IMG/VR virus record: IMGVR_UViG_3300046516_001816
Coordinates: 1-64,000 of that record
DNA: 64,000 nt
Reading direction: 5' to 3' (one strand)
How positions within the stretch are numbered: the stretch's first letter is position 1; each line of letters starts with the position of its first letter. Under the pieces are notes generated by a model that saw nothing but the letters and a program-made list of their open reading frames with translations, did not search any database and was not told where the DNA came from. The position numbers were made by a program, and so were the translations under genes. Below, in pieces: positions 56,999-64,000 of the stretch.

Positions 56999-57241
56999 GT
57001 GGAAAACATCGAACAACAAGTCAAGCGCATCGTCGCTGCGCAACTCGGTCTGGAAGTGGCTGACATCAAGAACGACAGCCATATCACGCACGACCTCGGC
57101 GCGGACTCGCTCGACAAGATCGAACTCGTGATGGCGCTCGAAGACGATTTCAAGCTGGACATTCGCGACGAGGATGAAGAAAAGCTCCTCACCGTGCAGA
57201 ACATCATCGACTACGTGTCGGCCGAAAAGGCCAACGCGTAG
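56999..57241 (+). CDS. acpP: Acyl carrier protein
   Basis: 80 aa, acidic; phosphopantetheine motif [20 protein letters not shown]; TVQ..IDY. Confidence 0.95.
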   Translation: MENIEQQVKRIVAAQLGLEVADIKNDSHITHDLGADSLDKIELVMALEDDFKLDIRDEDEEKLLTVQNIIDYVSAEKANA

Positions 57242-57250
57242 CAGTCTTTT

Positions 57251-58144
57251 TCGGCGCGCGCCGGACGACTGGTAAGTGCGGGATACAGACCGCGCTCACC
57301 GGGGGCTCTCGTGATTCAATCAAGATCTTCTCCCGTTATAGGGACGTCCATCTTGGCGGGCGACGCGGCTTGCATACCCGCGTCGTAACCCGCGCGTGCG
57401 CGCGCCGACGGGTGAGCGTCAATCGGTGCAGTATCTAGATGTTGGTTTGTTTAGGTATTTCGGTTGACTCTTTGGAAAAGCGGCTCTTTGAAAAAGCGGT
57501 TTGGCTGACTTCGATCTCGGGCGTGGGAACCTGGGGTGGACGGGCACTCATTGACCGACTGGCGCTCACCGCTACTCGCCCTGCCTTTCGCAGGGCGCAT
57601 CTGGGCCCAATGTACACCAGCTCTTGTCGCTCGCCGCGGGCTTACATTTTTGGCGATTTGGATTCACCGCGGCTGGCGGGGGCAACAATAACGTACATTG
57701 AGGAAGATTGGCCACGACCCATTGGCCCCATCAACGCTACGGGCGCGAGAACGCGAAAGAGTACAGGTGTCAAAATGAAATAGGTTTAGCCCAGCGCACT
57801 TTTTCATGATCCCAAACCGCAAGGACTAACGGCACGCTTGGCGCCTGCCGGAAGCACGCGGGAGAGGGACGGCGATACCATTCCTATGAGTAATGGCTCT
57901 TTTTAAAGAGTCCGACGTACGAGACCCGTCCACGGGCATTACGGAGCCAAGCGGAGCTGCCTGCGCGATCTACGCATCGCCAATAGGAGTGACCGCCTAC
58001 CTGCTGTAAGCGTGAGTCTCACTGAAGTCGAGATAGGACCGCAACTGCTCAGCGTGGGAAATATAGAGCACACCCGGAAGGGCTTCCAGGATCGTGAGCG
58101 CGAGCCACGAAGCGAAGCCCTTCCCCCTTCTTTCTTTTATGCCG
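57251..58144 (+). ncRNA. Candidate large multi-domain structured ncRNA (region B, about 900 nt)
   Basis: At least four long-range closing helices; ends in a terminator + TTATGCCG; no credible ORF. Confidence 0.6.
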
Positions 58145-58230
58145 TCAGGACGCGTTTACAGCCTCTGTAGCGGCTTGGTTACAATAAAGAAATACCGGAC
58201 ACCGGAATCATGTGTCCATAAGGAGCTAGC

Positions 58231-58605
58231 ATGCATAGACAAGCGGTTCTGGTCCAAGACATCGGGCAGTTGCGTTCCATGCTGGACCCGGTGATCTGTT
58301 CTGTTCTGGAACCCTTTATCTATGTCGGCTTGACATTGGAGGGGGTGATCGAATGGATCATCAAGGAAGAGCTGTGGAAGGCCTATCAGTTTCCGATTGA
58401 CAACCATTTCCCCAAACAAAACCCGCATCGTGAGTTCTACAATCTTGTTAAAAGCAAGATGGAACACCCGACGTTGGAACAAGTCGTTCAGCATTTCGTT
58501 CGTGTCCCCAAGTTATACGGCGACAATTTGGCCGTTGTCGCTGTGAAAGGACGGAATCTGTACATTCATTATTACTTAAACCAACAACTCCAATACCCAA
58601 CATGA
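58231..58605 (+). CDS. Hypothetical protein (paralog array member)
   Basis: AAGGAG upstream; C-terminal KGRNLYI. Confidence 0.72.
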   Translation: MHRQAVLVQDIGQLRSMLDPVICSVLEPFIYVGLTLEGVIEWIIKEELWKAYQFPIDNHFPKQNPHREFYNLVKSKMEHPTLEQVVQHFVRVPKLYGDNLAVVAVKGRNLYIHYYLNQQLQYPT

Positions 58606-59258
58606 ACGAGTACCCGACCGTAGATGCACTCAGTCTCGATCCCATGCCGACCGCTGCGATGGTGGAAATGGTCGTGGGCGACTATCTTCGGGCGCCGGAT
58701 GCAGGGATTTATTTCAAAGGCAAGATCGAACCAGTGATGGTGCCGGGGCGTCTGTATCGTCAGCAACCCATGATGAATGGCGTGAAGTCTGGCGAGGCCT
58801 ACATCGTGGCTACCTTGGCCGATCTGAACCCACGCTTTCCGGTGATCGATGAGTTCCACCAAGTCGTCGTCACCCCCAACCAGATCCCGTTTCTGGATTT
58901 CGCCCCGAGCTTGCCCGTCGCGGGCTTGCGCGTCGTGCGCCGTGCGGTGGAAGACATCATCGAAAGCTACGGCAGTACCCCGGCGGGCAGTCGTGTCAAT
59001 GTTGATCCGGTGCAGCTCTACACCGAGTTCCTCAGCGACGTTCTCTTGCAAGAGCAGCAGGAAGTGGCCGAGCACGTGATCGATCAGATCACGGGCATCG
59101 TGGGGGAGATCCGGGCCCAGGTTCGGAACTTCTGTGGCGACAACCGTTGGGTCATGCATTTTCTGCGTGAACTCTACGGCACGTTCCTGATCGAGAAGTC
59201 GATCGATTGGCGCGTGATCGAGTACCATCGACTGACGAAGACCAAATATGGACGTTGA
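58602..59258 (+). CDS. Conserved hypothetical protein
   Basis: ATGA overlap; C-terminal F.GDNRW.MH...DWRV.EY. Confidence 0.75.
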   Translation: MNEYPTVDALSLDPMPTAAMVEMVVGDYLRAPDAGIYFKGKIEPVMVPGRLYRQQPMMNGVKSGEAYIVATLADLNPRFPVIDEFHQVVVTPNQIPFLDFAPSLPVAGLRVVRRAVEDIIESYGSTPAGSRVNVDPVQLYTEFLSDVLLQEQQEVAEHVIDQITGIVGEIRAQVRNFCGDNRWVMHFLRELYGTFLIEKSIDWRVIEYHRLTKTKYGR

Positions 59259-59694
59259 TCCGTTTGTCATGAATGCCGAATGCTACGTGATTAACCTCGC
59301 GGTTCTGAAGCGTCAGCTCGAGGCAGAGCTCCATCAGTACTGGGGCAGCAACGGCGGCTTTCGAAGCATTCTGGAACATCATGGGTCGCAGCAGTGGGTA
59401 ACGATGGCGGGCACGGCGCCCAAGATCGTGGATGACATTCTCGCCGCCTTGATCAGCGAACTGTTCACCGAGACGCAAACCGATCTGCGTAATGCCGGTC
59501 AGCTCGTCATGACCGAGCAAGCGCTGATGCAGCGGGCACGACTCGATGAACGCATGGCGCATCAGTTTGCTGAGGACCTCTTTAGTCATTTCGTGAATTA
59601 CGTCGGCGGTCACATTCCCCATTTGACTTTCGGCGGGCATGATGGGTTTAAGTTCCAGATCAAGGGGCTGGACCTGATCATCTATCGTCAATAA
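59248..59694 (+). CDS. Hypothetical protein (paralog array member)
   Basis: Overlapping operon gene; C-terminal KGLDLII. Confidence 0.72.
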   Translation: MDVDPFVMNAECYVINLAVLKRQLEAELHQYWGSNGGFRSILEHHGSQQWVTMAGTAPKIVDDILAALISELFTETQTDLRNAGQLVMTEQALMQRARLDERMAHQFAEDLFSHFVNYVGGHIPHLTFGGHDGFKFQIKGLDLIIYRQ

Positions 59695-59717
59695 ACCTAT
59701 AACCAAGGAAGGAGCGC

Positions 59718-60218
59718 ATGACACCGATCATTTTGGACACGCGCGCGCTCTTGCAAGAGTACGCCGACTTTGCCCCATTCTTTCAGTTCTACGAGATGGG
59801 GTTGCGAGACCTGATTCGCGAAGCTGTGATTACCCGGAGTTTCAATAGCCCGTACACCACGCAGTATCATCCTGGCCACCGCTACTCGCAGGGACTGGCC
59901 GCTAAAGTGAAGATGGATTTCGAGTTTGCCCTCGATCATCATCACGACAGCTTTGGTGCGGATACGCCGGTGGCACTGTATAACCTCAAGAGTGCGCTGA
60001 ACAATATCGAGGTGATTGGTCAGATCGCGGAGGCAATGGAGCGTAGCGTGGATGATTTGTTGTTCATGCATTTGCGCACCAAGCTCTTTGAAATCGCGCA
60101 GGAAGGAAGCGGTGAAGCTGTACGGCCGAGATGGATAGGTCCGGACCTCGCTGTTTTTATTCGGATGCTAAGTCACAAGGAGCTCCGTATATGGGTTCCG
60201 CCCCATCACTTGTCGTGA
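59718..60218 (+). CDS. Hypothetical protein (paralog array member)
   Basis: AAGGAG upstream; IILDTR and GPDLAV. Confidence 0.72.
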   Translation: MTPIILDTRALLQEYADFAPFFQFYEMGLRDLIREAVITRSFNSPYTTQYHPGHRYSQGLAAKVKMDFEFALDHHHDSFGADTPVALYNLKSALNNIEVIGQIAEAMERSVDDLLFMHLRTKLFEIAQEGSGEAVRPRWIGPDLAVFIRMLSHKELRIWVPPHHLS

Positions 60219-60586
60219 TAGATTCTCCAGCTGAGCTCCGGTTGTTGCGGAGTTGGCTGGGGGATCCGAATATGCCGTCGATTGATTTCACGATGCTCTT
60301 CCAGACGCTGTACGACGCGATAGCGACACGAGACAAATATTATCAGCTCGCGCTTTATCATCTGGCGACCCGGATGGCGCATCACGACTATTTAATCGAA
60401 ACCAACACCCTGAGTCAAATGGACCGGGATGACTTGGAGCGCATGATCATTAACGCCGGGCACGCGATCGCCCAGCAACTCGATGCCATGCGACTTTATC
60501 ATCCGACAGGTCAATTACTCTATCGATTTCGCGAGTATCGACATGACAACATTCTCATCTTTGAACTCGCGCCGCTCACCCGATAA
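60191..60586 (+). CDS. Hypothetical protein (paralog array member)
   Basis: AAGGAG before ATG 60191. Confidence 0.72.
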   Translation: MGSAPSLVVIDSPAELRLLRSWLGDPNMPSIDFTMLFQTLYDAIATRDKYYQLALYHLATRMAHHDYLIETNTLSQMDRDDLERMIINAGHAIAQQLDAMRLYHPTGQLLYRFREYRHDNILIFELAPLTR

Positions 60587-61037
60587 CCTGGTGATCTCGA
60601 CGCGTGAAGTAATCAAACCCCTGCTGAAATATGTGCAAGCGTACGGTATGCAGGAAGGCAATATCTTGCATCAGTTGGTGCAGTCCTTAGCGGTGGAGCA
60701 GGATGCGGAAGCCGAGCTGTCGTTTCTCTGTATCGCGCCGCTGGAAGAACGCCTGCATGATCCGAATGACGTGACTGACGGCGAGCTCTTTTTGCCCACC
60801 GAGGCCATGGCGGAATACAGCAATGTCTTGCATCGACTCGGCCAGCACTTGTATCGGGAGCTGCGCCGCCATCGGATGTATCAGTTAGGCTATCTGCCGT
60901 ACCACTACCACAGCCGACACTGTGGGGACCTGGTCCTCACCCGGTTGATGGTGCCGGAAATCGATCCGCCCAAATACAAGACCCCCGATCGGTTTGATCT
61001 GGAGGACTTCTATCATCGCCTGGAGATCTTCCGGTGA
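60543..61037 (+). CDS. Hypothetical protein (paralog array member)
   Basis: Overlapping operon gene; LVISTRE and CGDLVL. Confidence 0.7.
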   Translation: MTTFSSLNSRRSPDNLVISTREVIKPLLKYVQAYGMQEGNILHQLVQSLAVEQDAEAELSFLCIAPLEERLHDPNDVTDGELFLPTEAMAEYSNVLHRLGQHLYRELRRHRMYQLGYLPYHYHSRHCGDLVLTRLMVPEIDPPKYKTPDRFDLEDFYHRLEIFR

Positions 61038-61423
61038 ATATGGGCGAACGCGTGATCCTGCCGGCCAAGGACCTGATCAACGAGCTCCGAGAAAAGCTCG
61101 CGCCTTATCAGGTGCCGGGTGCCAGTTTTGAGGAAATCGTGCGTCAGTGCCTGGACGTCTATATGGAATGGAATGGGGAAGAAGAGCAGATTGCCATGCT
61201 TCCTTATTTCAATCGTATAGAAGTCCCCGCACTTTTTGGCGATCAGTACCAGAATGTGTACGAGAGCGTCTCACATGCCGTTCAGAACTTTGCGCAGCAA
61301 GTCTACCTTCGGTTGATGCGTTACGGGTTTTTCCCGAAGACGAATATTCGACCGAACATGGACTTTACGTTCGAACGCTTTGTGCTAGGCGGGGATATTG
61401 TGTTAAGTTATTTCCCCTTCTAG
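61034..61423 (+). CDS. Hypothetical protein (paralog array member)
   Basis: GGAG upstream; VILPAKD and GGDIVL. Confidence 0.7.
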   Translation: MNMGERVILPAKDLINELREKLAPYQVPGASFEEIVRQCLDVYMEWNGEEEQIAMLPYFNRIEVPALFGDQYQNVYESVSHAVQNFAQQVYLRLMRYGFFPKTNIRPNMDFTFERFVLGGDIVLSYFPF

Positions 61424-61461
61424 TTAAAAGAGGGTCCGCCCTCTTTTTTTTGTGAGCGATC

Positions 61462-61890
61462 ATGACGTATAACTATCAACTCGGCCAGATTCTGAGCTTT
61501 GACACGAATGCCGCTTCGGTGCTCGGCCAGAGCTTTGAGAACGTGACGGTCCTCTCCTTGATGGATCCGCAATCGGCGAACAACGTGATTGACATCGTAG
61601 GCATGCACGCCGCAGTGTATCCGTTGCTGGTGCAAGCGGGCTTGTCGGTGCCCAACGATCCGAGTCAGTACAACTATCTCAAGATCCGGACCCAGGCGGG
61701 TAAGGTCACGTGTCTGGGGATGCCCTGGATTAACGAGTCGACCATTACGGCCACCACCAACCAAGTCATCACGGCGGTGATTGCCGGGGTGACGGCCGCC
61801 GACGTGCAAGGCGTGCAGAACGCACTGATTGCCAACGGCTACAACCAGTTTAAAGTGACGATCACGCCGCTCTCCACCACGGGTGGTTGA
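61462..61890 (+). CDS. Conserved phiKZ-like protein upstream of the DNA polymerase (gp49-like, SH3-like fold possible)
   Basis: SFDT...VLG..F.NV.V...H..VYP...NDP.QYNY...G.PWI pattern; synteny. Confidence 0.72.
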   Translation: MTYNYQLGQILSFDTNAASVLGQSFENVTVLSLMDPQSANNVIDIVGMHAAVYPLLVQAGLSVPNDPSQYNYLKIRTQAGKVTCLGMPWINESTITATTNQVITAVIAGVTAADVQGVQNALIANGYNQFKVTITPLSTTGG

Positions 61891-62003
61891 TAGTATGTAG
61901 GGCATAAAGCAGGGAAGATAGTAGTTCGGGGGTAGTACGAGCAGGACCGCAGGTTGACCATGTTGTACCGTTGTAGAAGTGTTTCAGTTTCCTTGGTAAT
62001 TGT

Positions 62004-62037
62004 GCCTAGTCATCCCCCCGGGTGACTAGGTCTTTTT
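62004..62037 (+). terminator. Rho-independent terminator
   Basis: Stem CCTAGTCATCC/GGGTGACTAGG followed by TCTTTTT. Confidence 0.75.
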
Positions 62038-62079
62038 GCCGGCATGTGGTTGATTAGTATAAAACTTATCGCGTTTGTA

Positions 62080-62435
62080 TATGTTACGACGGAGTGCCAT
62101 GCTCCGTGTAGGAAGGGTGTTGATGCGTGCTCCTCGGGCTTTTGGTGGCGGGCGCGGGCAGCAACACTAATGGGATCGGCTAAACCCATTTGCTAAGTGT
62201 CGAAAGATGACGACAGCGAGAATCTCGTTGGGGAACGAGAAGACGCCAACCAGGAAGGGTTGAAGCTGGTTTCTTTAAAGGTGGTGTGCCAAGGCTTTTC
62301 CTTGGGGCATGCGGTGCATCACTGAACACGGGGCTGATCGCGCCCTCGTGAAGGAGAAGCTAAGCTCCCGTTCCTGTTTTTCACGTTGGGGAGGGTCTTT
62401 CGGGAACCCTCCCCTTCTTTTTTCCTTTTATGCCG
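62080..62435 (+). ncRNA. Candidate stand-alone sRNA made of tandem hairpins (region C)
   Basis: Seven or more consecutive hairpins bounded by two terminators. Confidence 0.5.
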
Positions 62436-62493
62436 TCTCGCTTATTTTTACCGTCCGGGTGTACCTTATGAGAATAAGACAAGGAGTTCCCCC

Positions 62494-64000
62494 GTGGCAT
62501 TTGACAACCCCTTTGCTTTACAGGCTAATGAATACGTCCGCGATCTGGACGTGTTCAAGCATTACGTGAATCAGACCGTGACGTACCTCGTGAAGATGAC
62601 CGGGTGTACGGAAGACGAAGCGAAAGAGTACGTGAAAAAGAACCTCGGTCCCGACGGCAAGTTCCCGTTCAAGGATCCGAAGGTGTGGTATCTCGAGCGC
62701 AATGAGCACGGCGATCGGGAAAAGAAAGAAGGCACGCTGGCGCAGTATATCGGTGAGGCGATTCAGAAGGAGCAGTTGATTGCCCCGACCTTCACCACGT
62801 ATTTGCCGGTCAAGCAAAAGCAGTCGCTGCTCGCCATGTTCATTGACGCGAACGTGAAGCGACGCAAGGTGGCTAAGCACGCCATGTTCGAAGCCAAGAT
62901 GGCGGGTAACGAAGTGCTGCGAATTTTGAAGGATAACGAGCAGACCAATATGAAGCTCTCGAACAATGCTTGTTCGGGCGCGCACGTGTCGGCCTCCACG
63001 CCGCTGTATAACAAGACCGCTCACTCGACGCTGACCTCTAACTGCCGGGTGACCGCAGGCTATGGCTCGGCCAATAACGAGAAGTTCCTGAACGGCAATC
63101 GGCACTATTGGTCGCCGGACATCGTGAAGTACAATATCACCTCGATCATCAACAACACGGACTATGTGGCGATTCGCCATGCGATGGATAAGTTTGACAT
63201 TCGCAATCCGTCGGTCGAAGAAGTGATGGACTGCATCGAGTATTCCACCAAGCTCTACTGGTGGGATAAGCGCCATATGCAGTTGATTCGTCAGTATGTG
63301 GAAACATTGACGCCGATCGAGCGCGCGGCGTTTGTCTACACAGGTGACCTGTACCACCTGATGAAATACAACGACGGCGTGGCCCGTACCTTTATCGAAC
63401 GCTTGTCGTTGCCGGTGAAGGTGGCGCATCCAGAACCGGGTCCGGTGATCAAGAACGCCCACGAGGATCATCTGGCGCTGGCTAAACAGTTGCTGCCTGA
63501 TCTGATGCGCGGCAAGAAGTTGGAAGACATCAAGGGCACGGAAACGGAAGGCATTCTGGCGTCGACCGTGCAGCATGTGGCCGATACCGTGACTGCATAT
63601 GCAGATCTGATCAAAGCGTTTTGGGTCACGAAGAATGTCCCGGCGTCGCTTGCGCGCTTTCCGGAATCCATTCGTCGTTCCGCACTGATGGGTGACACCG
63701 ACTCGACCATCTTTACCGTGCAGGATTGGGTGAGCTGGTACAACAACGGTCGTATTGGGTATGATGATCGTTCGTCGGGGGTGGCAGCTACGATGATCTT
63801 TCTGTCAGCCCAGGCCATCGTGCACTTGCTCGCCCGAATGTCGGCGAACTTTGGCGTGGAAGAAAAGCGGACGTTCCAGACCGCGATGAAGAACGAGTAC
63901 AAGTTTGACGTGTTCGTTCCGACGCAGGTGGCCAAACACTACTATGCGCTGATCGGCTGTCAGGAGGGCAACCTCTACAAGGAGTTTGACACCGAAATCA
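62494..64000 (+). CDS. Family-B DNA polymerase, polymerase-domain subunit (phiKZ gp50-like), 3'-truncated by the window
   Basis: Absent from the ORF track. AAGGAG at 62481 and GTG at 62494 give MAFDNPFALQANEYVRDLD...; motif B-like QTNMKLSNNACSG; motif C GDTDS in frame at 63691. Confidence 0.9.
   Translation, partial: MAFDNPFALQANEYVRDLDVFKHYVNQTVTYLVKMTGCTEDEAKEYVKKNLGPDGKFPFKDPKVWYLERNEHGDREKKEGTLAQYIGEAIQKEQLIAPTFTTYLPVKQKQSLLAMFIDANVKRRKVAKHAMFEAKMAGNEVLRILKDNEQTNMKLSNNACSGAHVSASTPLYNKTAHSTLTSNCRVTAGYGSANNEKFLNGNRHYWSPDIVKYNITSIINNTDYVAIRHAMDKFDIRNPSVEEVMDCIEYSTKLYWWDKRHMQLIRQYVETLTPIERAAFVYTGDLYHLMKYNDGVARTFIERLSLPVKVAHPEPGPVIKNAHEDHLALAKQLLPDLMRGKKLEDIKGTETEGILASTVQHVADTVTAYADLIKAFWVTKNVPASLARFPESIRRSALMGDTDSTIFTVQDWVSWYNNGRIGYDDRSSGVAATMIFLSAQAIVHLLARMSANFGVEEKRTFQTAMKNEYKFDVFVPTQVAKHYYALIGCQEGNLYKEFDTEI

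Noticed and set aside
57439-57783. 114-aa ORF in region B (also 55876-56169, 56125-56505, 62309-62569)
   Set aside because: No RBS, atypical codon usage, and the DNA is better explained by base-pairing.
55914-58144. Possible tRNA, tmRNA, RNase P, SRP or hammerhead genes in the non-coding regions
   Set aside because: By eye I found no T-loop GTTCRA with a cloverleaf and CCA, no GAGGAAAGTCC, and no CTGANGA/GAAA core.
62080-62435. CsrB/RsmZ-type sponge identity for region C
   Set aside because: Only a few GGA motifs are present and most hairpin loops lack them.
1-64000. CRISPR array, retron/RT, integrase or transposase
   Set aside because: No regularly spaced direct repeats and no matching protein motifs.

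Overview
This window is about 64 kb of a GC-rich phiKZ-like jumbo phage (nucleus-forming, Chimalliviridae type). Evidence for that: the PhuZ tubulin, three split virion RNA polymerase subunits (including the DFDGD-bearing beta' piece), a phiKZ-type prohead protease, tail sheath and tube, large terminase, a UvsX/RecA-like recombinase, a 2.5-kaa tail protein with a C-terminal GH19 muramidase domain, and the 5' part of a family-B DNA polymerase that is missing from the ORF track. Less ordinary features: (i) three long ORF-poor, heavily base-paired regions (about 590, 900 and 350 nt) around a histidine-phosphatase + acyl-carrier-protein pair and upstream of the polymerase, two of them with mutually exclusive pairings; (ii) an A9 slippery run at a stop codon that would fuse two head-type ORFs by a -1 frameshift, the first of which has an ACP-like domain; (iii) a hairpin + TATG(C/A)CG signal repeated at more than 12 gene ends; (iv) a G/C-skewed, palindrome-rich intergenic region at a transcription divergence point; (v) a six-member divergent paralog array; (vi) two unannotated small ORFs with good ribosome-binding sites. 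phiKZ gp numbers are from memory and synteny, not from a database search. All pairings were found by eye and no folding energies were computed.
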